Virus record (IMG/VR): IMGVR_UViG_3300034071_000380
Coordinates: 14,687-78,686 of that record
From: a virus
Direction: 5' to 3' (one strand)
DNA: 64,000 nucleotides
The notes below the pieces were generated by a model. That model did not search any database. It saw only the letters and a list, made by a program, of their open reading frames with translations, and was not told the origin of the DNA. Positions within the stretch are counted from its first letter, which is position 1, and every line of letters begins with the position of its first letter. Shown here one piece after another: positions 1 through 9,951 of the stretch. The translations under genes and the position numbers were made by a program.

Positions 1-3000
1 TCATTTCCATTAATTGCTTGACGCTAATTCCATACTTTGCAGCAATTGCAGATAATGTATCTCCTCTGCCTACTGTGTATCTATCATTTTCATAATCTGA
101 CTTAGCATCATCTGCGCTGTAATATTCTGGTGTGCCATATCCATATTTAATAGTATCTACTGGCTTATATGAAGGTCTTCCAAATCCTACAATTGGAGCA
201 TTCTTCATATTGTATTGTCTTACTTTTGCAAGTACTCCGCCGCCGCTTCTTTGACTTCCAGAACCAGATGTATTTCCTTCTATAGTTGAAACTGCATTCT
301 TGCTTAAAACTTTTCTTACTAGTCCTACGTGAGAGATTCTATTGACGCCGTCTCCTGGGAAATCCATAAAGGCTAGATCTCCACGAAGTGGACTCATTGT
401 TGTCCACTTGCCGCTCTTCCTAAATGATTGAGCTCCACCAGGAGTCCATATCATGCTTGCTAAATCTACTCCAGATTTTTTTGCCGCCCAATTTATAAAT
501 GCACCACACCATGCAATAAATCTAGTTTTTAAATCATAAGCTTTTTGTGCAAAGCTTCCAAATATTGTGTCGTTGCCTCTTCCTTCTTTATAACCCAACA
601 TAGACTCTGCTGTTTTAATCATTGAGTCTGCTGTGCCCATTTTAGTTACCTTGCCGCCATTAGCAAATCTGCCAGCGTTTAGGTTATCAAGAAAATCTGG
701 ACCAAGGTTTCTGCTTGCCTTCTCAACTGAAGAGGCTTTAATTACATATTCACCATCTGAAAGATATGCTGGGATAGAGTCAGATGTTGAAGTGCCTGGA
801 CCCATTACGTCCCCGCCTGGAGCGTAGTGTTTTACAGCCCCACCTTGTGCAAAAGTAAAGTTACTTCCTGGGTTGTCGTATCCTGGGTTATACCATCTTC
901 CAACAAGTTTATTATTTTTTAAAACATCGCCATTCTTTTTATATAAATATCCACCCTGATTTAAATCTTTAATTGGCCCCAACATTTCTAAACTTTGTCC
1001 GCCTCCATATGTTGGATGCACAAATGATTGATTTGATCCAGCAGGTCCACCTACTGGAACTGGCATAACACGAGCTTGCTCTCTTGTGTACTTAACTCCA
1101 GTTGAACGATTTTGAAATCCTCCAGTAGCGGGGTCAAAAGATAATCTAGCTCCTGATGTTGGCGTAGGAGTTCCAGACAGTATTTTCTTTAGTAATCCCA
1201 AAACTTCTGTATCTGATGTTTTAAGTTCTCCCTTTTCGTTGTAAATTGCTTTACCAAATGCTGACTTAGCTATTTCCTCTATGCCACTTGGATTTGGAAC
1301 AAATCTGCTTCCTACATAGCTACCGCCTCCACCAGATAGAGATCTTGCTATGTCTTTATATCCAGCTTTTTCTAAATCAGATATAAGCAGATTAAGTCTA
1401 TCTTTCTCTGTTGGACTTAATTCACCATCTGTTGCAGAAGTTGTTAGTGCAAGGAGCTCTGTGAGCAACGAGCTAAGATTTTCAACTTTTGCGTTTGCTG
1501 CATCAGCTGTCTTTTTTGCTGAATCTACTTTATTCTGAAGTCCATCAATTCTTGCATTAAGTGCATCAATTAATGATTGCTCTGCTGCAATATCTTGTTC
1601 AGCTTTTAAATCAATTGCTCTCTTTGCTAAAGTAACTTGCTGAGATCCAACTAACTGTTGAATTGCAATTTGTGCTTGTGCTGCACCAGACATATCTCCA
1701 GCAGCTAATTTGTCTTGATACTCAAGCTGCTTTGCTTTAATTCTAAGATTAATATCTTCATCTGCATTTTCTTCATCTAAAGCTTTCTTTCTTGCGTCCG
1801 CTTCTTCTTTTATTTTTTGAATCTTTTTATTATGTAATTCAATTTCTTTACGAAGAGCCTTAGCTGAAAGTTCTGCGTTTTGAATAATTTGTTCTGCATT
1901 TGTTTTTGAAACCTTTGCCATATCTTTTACAATTTGTGAATATGGACCAGATTTTAATGCTTCTCTTTGTTTTTCAATTATTATAGAAAGAGCTTCAGCG
2001 GCTGCTGGCCCCATATTTACAAAATCTAAAGCTATTCCAGATGTAGAAAGTCTAACTTTTGCCATAATGCTTGCTAAAGTATCTGTTGTGTTTAGAAGCC
2101 TATTCATCTCCGCATTTTGCTTTACTATAGCATTGACACCCTCAATTCCAATTGCTACATTTCCACTAGATGTTGCCTTTATCTGCTTTAATATTTCCTG
2201 ATAAGATTCTGAAGAAGTTATAAGTTTGCCATTTTTATCTTTTGTATTCTCAATTGAATCTGCTAAATTATTATAAGCATTTAATGCGGTATCCAAGGAC
2301 TTGCTTAGCTGGTCTGTATTTCCATTTTTAATTACATTATTAAATGTTTCCAGGGTAGACTTTGCAGCAGAAGCTTTATCTGTAATAGTTCCAAAACCTT
2401 TATCTCCTAATACTGACAAAGCCTGGGCTGATTTATTTGAAATTGAAATTAATGCATATATTAATTCATTTGCATTTTCTACAGACATCCCGCTTGATAC
2501 AAACATGGCTTTTAGTTGAGTTGCTTTCTGTGCCAACTCTTGCTCAGATGCTACATTTAGCATTTTAAGTTCTGTTGGTAACTGTTCCTTAGCTTGCTTT
2601 TTTAGTTCATCAAATTCTTTTACAGTTATATCTATTCCTTGACCAGGAGCTTTTGTTGTAGTATATTTAAATGCTGCCGCCGCTGCATTTCTTAATTCAA
2701 TTTCCTTTTTGTTTTTTTCTATAGATGAAGTTAAAGTTTTATAGTTAAGATTTAGCTTTTTTACAGTTTCTTCTTCTAGGCCAAAAGCGGAGTCAATTAT
2801 TCTTCGTCTCTCATTAATTTTGTCATTAATGGTTTTTATTGCAACTCCTACACCAAGTAAGACAGCTATTAATTTGACTGGCCCAGGCATTTTTGTAAAA
2901 AGTTGAAATGCTTTTGTTAATAAAGTTGTTTGAGTTCTTGCTGTTCCTGCAGCCTTAGACATAAGGAACATGTCTGTTGCCATTTGACCAACCATGTATC

Positions 3001-6000
3001 CGCCCATTTGCCCAATACCGCCAAACATTCTGCCGCCAACTTGACTTAATCCAAATCCAGCAGCCTGCCCTAGAAGCATTGACTTCATGTATCCAGATGC
3101 TCCAATTCTTGGCTGAACAATTCTTTGTTCGTTTTCTTCCGCAAAGTATTGAACTCCAGGAACTACCCCGCCCTTTGAGAATCCAGGAATAATTCCACCA
3201 GACATTTTTGGAACAAATATTTCTGGGCCATTCTCTCCAACCAAATATGGTCTACCACCAGTAACTGGTCCTCCGCCTGCACGAGCACCATCAACAACTG
3301 TCTCTAATTGTATCTTGCCATCTCCTGCATTAACAATTCTAAACTTACCACCAAAGATTGATTCTTGTTCTGACCTTGAATTATGTCCAGCTACCTTTTG
3401 TCCAAATGGCGCTGAGAATCTTGCATCTGGGAAAATATCTGATGCTGGAACAACATTTCTATTTCTTACAATTGCTTCTAACAGAATAGCTTTTTGGTCT
3501 CCTGGAGCAGAATGGCCAGGGGCAAACAAACTTGCTACATCTCTATTTTGGCTCCACGATGAGCGGCGCATTATAAATTCTCTTCCAATTAAAGGAGTAT
3601 AGTCTCCAGTTAATTTTGCCTGAGATATTAAATCCAATATATCTGCTGGCAACGGATTTGATTTATTATTCTTTAAAAATATTCCTCTGTATAGTCTTCC
3701 AGTATATTTTCTTGATAAAGTTTTTACTGCTTCTGTAGCGCCTGGAGTTTGCAAAATGCCATAGTTTCCAGCCATGTATTGACGCAATATGTATCTGCCA
3801 CGATCCTCTAAATTACCAATTGGGAACTGAGGAAGCACTGCTTGTCTTGCAAATCTGTCGTCACGATATAAAATTTCACGAGTCCACTCAGGCTCATTTT
3901 GCATATTTTTTGGAACCATTGTTGTTCCAATTTGTAATGGCCCATGAAGTGGATCTTGGTTTCCTAGTGTATATTGATATCCTGGTTTTCTGAACTGCAT
4001 TTGTGGCTTCCACTTTGCAGTTAATTTATCAAGCTTTGACTTAGATAAAGACTTTACTATTCTTCCAACCATGTTGGTTCCAAAGTTTTGTATGATCCCG
4101 CCCATATTTTTTCTTTGTATTCTAGCTACTTTATTTTCTTTTAGGGCAACATAATCTCGTTCGTATAATGCGGTTGGATTATATTGAGTTAAAACTCTTT
4201 CTATTTCTGGAATTACATCTTTTGTAAAAGTAAACTCTGCGCCAAGCTCTGGTCTATCTCCTATAGTTGGAAGTTGATCTACTGAGACACCACGTCTTTG
4301 TGCTTCGTTTTCAAATCTTGTTCTTATTGCTGAATCTATTGCTTCTTCAGCTTCATCCCATTGAGAAAGAGGAATTTTTGCAGCTCTTAATTGATTTCTA
4401 TATTTGTTTACTCCTGCTACCTTAACAAGGTCTCTTCTTAAAAAGTCGGATGGTCTAAGGTTATTTTGGTTTGCTGATAAATTAGTTGCCGCTGTATAAT
4501 CTACAATATAGTTGCTTACTAATACTTTTCCATCTCCTAGTTTTTTACTTACTGTAAGATGCGTACCATGTCTTGGCTCTGCATATGGAAGTGCATCTAG
4601 TCCATTTTCTACAAACCTTGAATTTAATTCGCTAACATTTTTTGACTGTAATGTTCTTGATGTTTGAGAATGAAGTGCTGGATCTTTTTTAGACCTAGTT
4701 AATTTATCTGTAAAGTTTTTAGCTACATCTAAATATTTTTGTTTTAATACAGGATCTGGAATATCACCAATTTGAGAAATAAATCCTCTAGCATCTGCCC
4801 CTCTTGCTTTTATGCCATGAACAGTTTCTACTACATCTCTATTTCTAGTTGTAGAAAGACCTTTAACAATTCTATTAGGCATCATTCTGCCAAAGAATTG
4901 CATACCGTCTATCATTCCGCCTTTATTTCTATTTTGAATTGGAACTATTACCGCTTTACCTTTATTGTATAGATGAAGTCCTTCTGGGTCACGAGCTGTT
5001 TGTTCTTTAGTTACAACAAATTCTCCTGGAGTAAGCATTGCTGGAACGGTATCTGTATTTCCCTGACCAGGTACAAATCTACCTTGTTCGGTAGTAAATA
5101 CTTGTCCACCCATATTTAATCTTCTTGGTCTAGTTGTTTCTGTTGAATATGGTGCGCCAAATGTTTTAACTCTCAGTGCTTCAGCAATTCTTGTAATAAG
5201 ACCTCTGTTTCTTGGTCTTGTAAGTTCTTTCATATTTGATTTTCCAGTTACTGGATCAAATGCTGGTTGATCTACAATTGGCAACTGTGTTAAATTAATT
5301 GTTCTTCCTTGTGCAGTAGCAACTCCTGTTGCTGCCTGCCCCATCATTGCTTCAATCTGTTGGTTTAATGCAATAACTCTTGCTCTTGCTTGTTCAACAG
5401 TTATCTTAGATGCTTGAAGATCTGCAACTATTTGTGCTGATTCTGATGCGGCAAGTGATGTTAATCTTGACATTTCTGGAAGAAGCGCTTGATATGAATC
5501 TGATAATGATGTAGTTATTAGTCCAGTTGCTGCAACTTCTCTCTTTAATAATGCTATTTCTTCTTTTGATTGCATTGCTAATGCACCAGTCATTGCATGC
5601 CACTTAGCAGCTTCTTCTGCAACAATTCCTGTTGAAACTCCACGTACCGAGCTGACTCCCTCTATCTTTGGCAGGTCGCCAGACATATACATTTGTGGGT
5701 TATTGCTTATTTTTTGATTAACTAATGGTGCTCCTGGAACAATGCCAAATATTGTTTGTGCAGCTTTTTGTTCTGGTGTCATCTGGCTTACTGGATTTGG
5801 ATGAGAAAAAGATCTAGTATCTCTATCGCTTACAAGTGGGTGGCTTGGAACAACTTCTCTTGCACCAGCAATAATTGTTTGCCCAGCAATTGTTGATATT
5901 GTTGGTTGTGATGAAATTGTAGCTGATCCTGCTTTTGTTTGTAATTGAGTTAATTGATCATTTACATAGCTAAGCGCTTCTCCAAGTGCCATAGCTGCTT

Positions 6001-7825
6001 TAGCATCATTATAAAATGTTTGCTCTACTAAGTTTCCAGCTTTTTGTGCTGCTAAAATTTCTGGTGTTAATAAACGCCATCCTTCGCCGCCTTTGAAAAA
6101 TGCTCTAAGATGAGCGGCGCCCTTAACAACATATCCTAAGAAGTTTGCAAGCACACCAGTTAACATAATAAGTGGTCCAGCCAGTGCTGTGAATCCAGCA
6201 AATAGACTCATTAAAGTTTTTACTGGTCCAGGTAGTTTATTTGCAAAATTTACAATCTTGTCAAGAACATTTATTAAAAATGTTCCAACATTTAAGAACT
6301 GCTCTCCTACTCCAGCCAAGTCTGCTTTTAGTTGCTCTAATGCTCTACGGAATCTACCAGAAGCAGATTCAGTAATTTGTGCTAATTCTCGTCCAGCTAC
6401 ACTTGCTAAGTCACCTGCGCTTGCATTCATTAAATCTAAAACTTGTAAAGTCTGGCTACCCTGTCTACCTAGGTTATCAAAAAGGGCTGATAGTCTAGCA
6501 AATTGGAACTTACCAAAAAGTTGTTCAATTGCTTTTGTTTTGCTAAGAGGATCAAGTCTGTCTAAAGCTTTTTGCAAATCTAAAATAGTGGCAGTTAGGT
6601 TTCCAGCGTTACTTGTAACGATTTGTCCCAAATCAATGCCAAGACCCATGAACATTTCTTTTGCAACTTTAGTAGGATTGATAAGTGAAGCTAGGGATGA
6701 TTTAATTGCATTTGCGCCTTCTGATGCATTAATTCCTCCTTCTTTCATTGCAGTTAAATATAAAGCAAGATCTTCTATATCTCCACCCAAAGATTTAATT
6801 ACTGGTCCCGCCTTTGGAATAGCTTCTACTAAATCATTAAGAGTTGTTGAAGTTTGGTTTTCAACAGCGTTGAGGAAGTTAATAGACTCTGCTAACTCTT
6901 GAGTATTTTGATTAAAAGCTGTTTGAATTGCAAGAGTGGCCTTCATTGCTTCTTGTCTATCTACTTCACCAAGAACTGAAAGTCTAGTAGTTTCTCTTAC
7001 TGAGTTAAGGAGCTCTGCTCCTTCTTTTCCAGTTGCAGCTATATCTGCAGATAAGGCTATAGTTTCTTTATAAGATGCGCCATACTGTGCTGCTAATTCT
7101 TTTGCTGTTGCAGCAACTTCTTTTCTTACTGTAGCTAGCTCTGCTGCAGAGCTTCCTGCTATTCCGCCATAAACTTTTGTTAAACGAACTAACTGCTCGT
7201 CTGCTTCTCTAAATGCATCTGCTGCTGCTTTACCAAATGCTGCAATTGGAACTGTTAAACCAACTGTTAGCTGTCTACCTGCCCACTGTGTATTTTTACC
7301 CCAGTTAATTAATTGAACTCCGCCATCTTGAATAACCTTATTAAAGATTTGCATTTCTTGCTTAAGCAGAGCTGCTTTGTTTTTAGTTTCGTCTAAACCT
7401 CTTGGTATATTAACATTGAATTGCATAAGCCCCTCGGCATTTCTACCGAGAGGCTGAATGATTGCATTCTGTAAAGCTACTTGCTGTCTAGCAAGATCTC
7501 TAATTAATCCGCCAGAAGTTCTACTGTGCTGTTGCCAGACACCGTAATACTCTCTTAACTTTAATCTACCCTGATCTAAATTTTTTCCAAATTTATCAAC
7601 ATCAGCTGTTAAATTAACAAAGTGTGTAGAGAATTGTCCAGTACTTCTTAAAGTACTTGCAAAGCCCTGCTGTATCTTTGTTGCATTTAAAGCTAACGCT
7701 TTATCTGTGTTAGTTAAAGTTTGCTTTAATTGAGATAACTGAAGATTAACCTTATTAACATTTGAAATAAGATCTGAAAAGTCTGCACTAGCAACTATAT
7801 TGGTGACTACATTTTCGCTAGCCAT
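1..7825 (-). CDS. Tail tape-measure protein, >2608 aa, 3' end outside window; polyvalent: TMP core, uncharacterised insert, ADP-ribosyltransferase, CHAP amidase, LysM
   Basis: ATG at 7825 (MASENVVTNIVASADFS). The same frame was read at several points down to position 2. It is absent from the ORF track, consistent with no stop in the window. TMP-like helical region (NWGKNTQWAGRQLTVGLTVPI); LYRG/RSSWS/EQE at ~3360-3700; AWCGAF..SHVG..IEGN at ~270-520; YTVGRGDTLSAIAAKYGIS at ~10-80. Lies downstream of the tail chaperones. Confidence 0.92.
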   Translation of the reverse strand, partial: MASENVVTNIVASADFSDLISNVNKVNLQLSQLKQTLTNTDKALALNATKIQQGFASTLRSTGQFSTHFVNLTADVDKFGKNLDQGRLKLREYYGVWQQHSRTSGGLIRDLARQQVALQNAIIQPLGRNAEGLMQFNVNIPRGLDETKNKAALLKQEMQIFNKVIQDGGVQLINWGKNTQWAGRQLTVGLTVPIAAFGKAAADAFREADEQLVRLTKVYGGIAGSSAAELATVRKEVAATAKELAAQYGASYKETIALSADIAATGKEGAELLNSVRETTRLSVLGEVDRQEAMKATLAIQTAFNQNTQELAESINFLNAVENQTSTTLNDLVEAIPKAGPVIKSLGGDIEDLALYLTAMKEGGINASEGANAIKSSLASLINPTKVAKEMFMGLGIDLGQIVTSNAGNLTATILDLQKALDRLDPLSKTKAIEQLFGKFQFARLSALFDNLGRQGSQTLQVLDLMNASAGDLASVAGRELAQITESASGRFRRALEQLKADLAGVGEQFLNVGTFLINVLDKIVNFANKLPGPVKTLMSLFAGFTALAGPLIMLTGVLANFLGYVVKGAAHLRAFFKGGEGWRLLTPEILAAQKAGNLVEQTFYNDAKAAMALGEALSYVNDQLTQLQTKAGSATISSQPTISTIAGQTIIAGAREVVPSHPLVSDRDTRSFSHPNPVSQMTPEQKAAQTIFGIVPGAPLVNQKISNNPQMYMSGDLPKIEGVSSVRGVSTGIVAEEAAKWHAMTGALAMQSKEEIALLKREVAATGLITTSLSDSYQALLPEMSRLTSLAASESAQIVADLQASKITVEQARARVIALNQQIEAMMGQAATGVATAQGRTINLTQLPIVDQPAFDPVTGKSNMKELTRPRNRGLITRIAEALRVKTFGAPYSTETTRPRRLNMGGQVFTTEQGRFVPGQGNTDTVPAMLTPGEFVVTKEQTARDPEGLHLYNKGKAVIVPIQNRNKGGMIDGMQFFGRMMPNRIVKGLSTTRNRDVVETVHGIKARGADARGFISQIGDIPDPVLKQKYLDVAKNFTDKLTRSKKDPALHSQTSRTLQSKNVSELNSRFVENGLDALPYAEPRHGTHLTVSKKLGDGKVLVSNYIVDYTAATNLSANQNNLRPSDFLRRDLVKVAGVNKYRNQLRAAKIPLSQWDEAEEAIDSAIRTRFENEAQRRGVSVDQLPTIGDRPELGAEFTFTKDVIPEIERVLTQYNPTALYERDYVALKENKVARIQRKNMGGIIQNFGTNMVGRIVKSLSKSKLDKLTAKWKPQMQFRKPGYQYTLGNQDPLHGPLQIGTTMVPKNMQNEPEWTREILYRDDRFARQAVLPQFPIGNLEDRGRYILRQYMAGNYGILQTPGATEAVKTLSRKYTGRLYRGIFLKNNKSNPLPADILDLISQAKLTGDYTPLIGREFIMRRSSWSQNRDVASLFAPGHSAPGDQKAILLEAIVRNRNVVPASDIFPDARFSAPFGQKVAGHNSRSEQESIFGGKFRIVNAGDGKIQLETVVDGARAGGGPVTGGRPYLVGENGPEIFVPKMSGGIIPGFSKGGVVPGVQYFAEENEQRIVQPRIGASGYMKSMLLGQAAGFGLSQVGGRMFGGIGQMGGYMVGQMATDMFLMSKAAGTARTQTTLLTKAFQLFTKMPGPVKLIAVLLGVGVAIKTINDKINERRRIIDSAFGLEEETVKKLNLNYKTLTSSIEKNKKEIELRNAAAAAFKYTTTKAPGQGIDITVKEFDELKKQAKEQLPTELKMLNVASEQELAQKATQLKAMFVSSGMSVENANELIYALISISNKSAQALSVLGDKGFGTITDKASAAKSTLETFNNVIKNGNTDQLSKSLDTALNAYNNLADSIENTKDKNGKLITSSESYQEILKQIKATSSGNVAIGIEGVNAIVKQNAEMNRLLNTTDTLASIMAKVRLSTSGIALDFVNMGPAAAEALSIIIEKQREALKSGPYSQIVKDMAKVSKTNAEQIIQNAELSAKALRKEIELHNKKIQKIKEEADARKKALDEENADEDINLRIKAKQLEYQDKLAAGDMSGAAQAQIAIQQLVGSQQVTLAKRAIDLKAEQDIAAEQSLIDALNARIDGLQNKVDSAKKTADAANAKVENLSSLLTELLALTTSATDGELSPTEKDRLNLLISDLEKAGYKDIARSLSGGGGSYVGSRFVPNPSGIEEIAKSAFGKAIYNEKGELKTSDTEVLGLLKKILSGTPTPTSGARLSFDPATGGFQNRSTGVKYTREQARVMPVPVGGPAGSNQSFVHPTYGGGQSLEMLGPIKDLNQGGYLYKKNGDVLKNNKLVGRWYNPGYDNPGSNFTFAQGGAVKHYAPGGDVMGPGTSTSDSIPAYLSDGEYVIKASSVEKASRNLGPDFLDNLNAGRFANGGKVTKMGTADSMIKTAESMLGYKEGRGNDTIFGSFAQKAYDLKTRFIAWCGAFINWAAKKSGVDLASMIWTPGGAQSFRKSGKWTTMSPLRGDLAFMDFPGDGVNRISHVGLVRKVLSKNAVSTIEGNTSGSGSQRSGGGVLAKVRQYNMKNAPIVGFGRPSYKPVDTIKYGYGTPEYYSADDAKSDYENDRYTVGRGDTLSAIAAKYGISVKQLMEM

Positions 7826-7835
7826 TTTTTAGATG

Positions 7836-8150
7836 TTACCCCTTTTCATATCCTAATCCCGCTCCGATTCCAAATCCTGCCTGGGCTGCAAGTGGTCCTT
7901 GTAGTGAAACAACATCGTTTGCACCTGCATTTATTCCCAAGGCTCTTCTTTGTATATCTTCAAAGGTTGGACCTTCTTGTTCTTCTTCATCTTGACCTAA
8001 ATCAATTCCTTGAATAGATGCTAAGAATCTTCTTTTCTCTGATTCAGTTTTTTGCATTGACTTTAAAGTCTGAATGAGTTCTGGCATTGATAAGTTATCT
8101 TCTAGCTCGTCGTAATTCTTCCAATGACCTAAAAGAAAAACTTCTCCCAA
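7836..8150 (-). CDS. Tail assembly chaperone, post-frameshift segment
   Basis: Lies between the first chaperone and the TMP; TTG start; frame is open upstream to the slippery site at 8201-8207. Confidence 0.75.
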   Translation of the reverse strand: MGEVFLLGHWKNYDELEDNLSMPELIQTLKSMQKTESEKRRFLASIQGIDLGQDEEEQEGPTFEDIQRRALGINAGANDVVSLQGPLAAQAGFGIGAGLGYEKG

Positions 8151-8164
8151 TAAAGCGGCAAGAT

Positions 8165-8497
8165 CTAGTTCTGACCAGCCAGAACCGCTGCCGCTAGAAG
8201 GTTTGGGTCATCCATCTTAATTCCTCCGCATACTTCAAGAATGCGGTTGATTGTTGGAACATCCAATGCGTCTTCTAGTGCATCTCTATCTTTTACTAGA
8301 TCTGGCAATTGCTTTTCTAATGCTACTGCACATGCATCAATGAGAATTGTAAGCGTCTCATCTTCTGATGTAACTTCTGCTGTCTTCTGAATTGCTGCCA
8401 TGAACTTTCTAAGTTCTTTAATTGTCAAAGGCTTTAACTTTACCTTAGCCCCGTTTTGTAGTTCAATTTCTTCTACGTCGTAGATTGTAGTTGCCAA
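8165..8497 (-). CDS. Tail assembly chaperone (gpG-like)
   Basis: 110 aa acidic protein directly after the tail tube gene; LKPLTIKELRKF; GAGGA RBS. Confidence 0.78.
   Translation of the reverse strand: MATTIYDVEEIELQNGAKVKLKPLTIKELRKFMAAIQKTAEVTSEDETLTILIDACAVALEKQLPDLVKDRDALEDALDVPTINRILEVCGGIKMDDPNLLAAAVLAGQN
8201..8207 (-). other. -1 programmed ribosomal frameshift site C-CCA-AAC
   Basis: Minus strand reads GAC CCA AAC. A -1 shift continues PSSGSGSGWSELDLAALLGEVFLLGHW, in frame with 7836..8150. Confidence 0.75.
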
Positions 8498-8553
8498 TTT
8501 ATCCTCCTAGGATTGTCTTAATTATTATAACAAAACACTCTTACTAATACAAG

Positions 8554-8583
8554 CAGAAACCCCCAATTTCTTGGGGGTATCTG
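8554..8583 (-). terminator. Intrinsic terminator-like hairpin after tail tube gene
   Basis: ACCCCCAA-tttc-TTGGGGGT inverted repeat. Confidence 0.6.
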
Positions 8584-8603
8584 AATTAAATAATTAAATT
8601 TAA

Positions 8604-9335
8604 TTATGCATAAACACGGTCAATAATCTTACCGTATTCTTGGCCAGCATATGTCGCATCTCCTGATGGGAGAAGACGGAATGTTACTGGGAATGTTGTT
8701 GGTGTGTTACGAGCTAGAGAGAACTGTGACTGCTGTACTGAAAGAACACGACGTGCATAATATACACGCTCATTCTTTCCGTAGCTAGTATTGTTGTAAT
8801 CTGGAGCTGGTCCAACTGCAATTAGCTGGCGCTCAACTGGTGCAGATTGCAAAGCTCCTGCTGCCAAACCTAGAACCTGTGGTGTTGTATCTGTTGGCTC
8901 TGCTGTTGTTAGAGTATCATCTCCGTCAAAAGCTGCGGCATTTACTCCACCTTCAGTAATTCCAGCTGTTCCTCCTGGCTGACCAAACACAACGAGAATA
9001 TTCTCAAGTGTTCCTTCTGCCATTTCTGTTGCTAGCATAACTTCCATTGACTCCTTGAACAGCTTAGCTGAATCTAGAAGCTGGTCTACTGTTACGTTAC
9101 CATATGTTGGGTTATAAGTAATCTGAAGACCGTTATTTGTGTATCCAACGTTGCGCCACTTTGTAGTTGCCGCATTAAGTGTAGTTGTATATGATTGGGA
9201 TGAGTTAAACTCTACCTTAGCACTACCCTTTGTTGGATCAAGATTTGAATCGCCATCGAATGCTGCTTGGTTGATGAACAACGGTGAAGCACCTACGATA
9301 ATGTTCTTGGCTGAATTGTATGTATCTCTTGCCAT
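8604..9335 (-). CDS. Major tail tube protein
   Basis: NIIVGASPLF, VGYTNNGLQITYNP, VTVDQL, FPVTFRLLP motifs typical of actinophage tail tubes; synteny. Confidence 0.82.
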   Translation of the reverse strand: MARDTYNSAKNIIVGASPLFINQAAFDGDSNLDPTKGSAKVEFNSSQSYTTTLNAATTKWRNVGYTNNGLQITYNPTYGNVTVDQLLDSAKLFKESMEVMLATEMAEGTLENILVVFGQPGGTAGITEGGVNAAAFDGDDTLTTAEPTDTTPQVLGLAAGALQSAPVERQLIAVGPAPDYNNTSYGKNERVYYARRVLSVQQSQFSLARNTPTTFPVTFRLLPSGDATYAGQEYGKIIDRVYA

Positions 9336-9441
9336 TTATTTCTTACCTCCTGTTTTTTCAAAAAATCTAATAAATCTGTCAAGCTGGCTAGGCTTCTTTC
9401 CTCTTGGTATAATAATAAGCCTTTTTGGGTAAAAAGGCAAA

Positions 9442-9951
9442 CTATATAAACCGCCCGTTTGAATCAGACAAACGGGAATATTTAATTTCTAGGACTATGT
9501 CTGTAGACAAAAATCCTTGTAGCTCTTCTGAGGGAGCCGCTGGAGAGATGTCAGCAATAAATATGCTATAGAATTGAAACTTATCTGACAGATTTGTCCA
9601 GTTATTTACATCTCTTGCAGACTCATCTACCCTTCTAAATAAGTCAGTCATAAAATTTCTAATCTCATTGATGTCATTAATATCTGTGGAATATATGGTA
9701 AACAATACTTGCTCACAGCATATAGCCCATAGGTCTTCATATGACATTCCTATCTTGTCATAGACTATGTGCTTCTTTCCGCTCAAAAAATGATTTAATT
9801 CTGGAGATTGTTGGACGGGAATAATAGGTACTATTTCATCCCCTATACTATCGCTATAATAATCAGATGCAGTAAATATATCAGCATCCTTTAATTTCTG
9901 CCACAAGTACTTACGCAATTCAAGCATTGCATCTACTCTATAATTAACCAT
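9442..9951 (-). CDS. Tail terminator/completion protein (putative)
   Basis: Size and position immediately upstream of the tail tube gene. Confidence 0.6.
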   Translation of the reverse strand: MVNYRVDAMLELRKYLWQKLKDADIFTASDYYSDSIGDEIVPIIPVQQSPELNHFLSGKKHIVYDKIGMSYEDLWAICCEQVLFTIYSTDINDINEIRNFMTDLFRRVDESARDVNNWTNLSDKFQFYSIFIADISPAAPSEELQGFLSTDIVLEIKYSRLSDSNGRFI

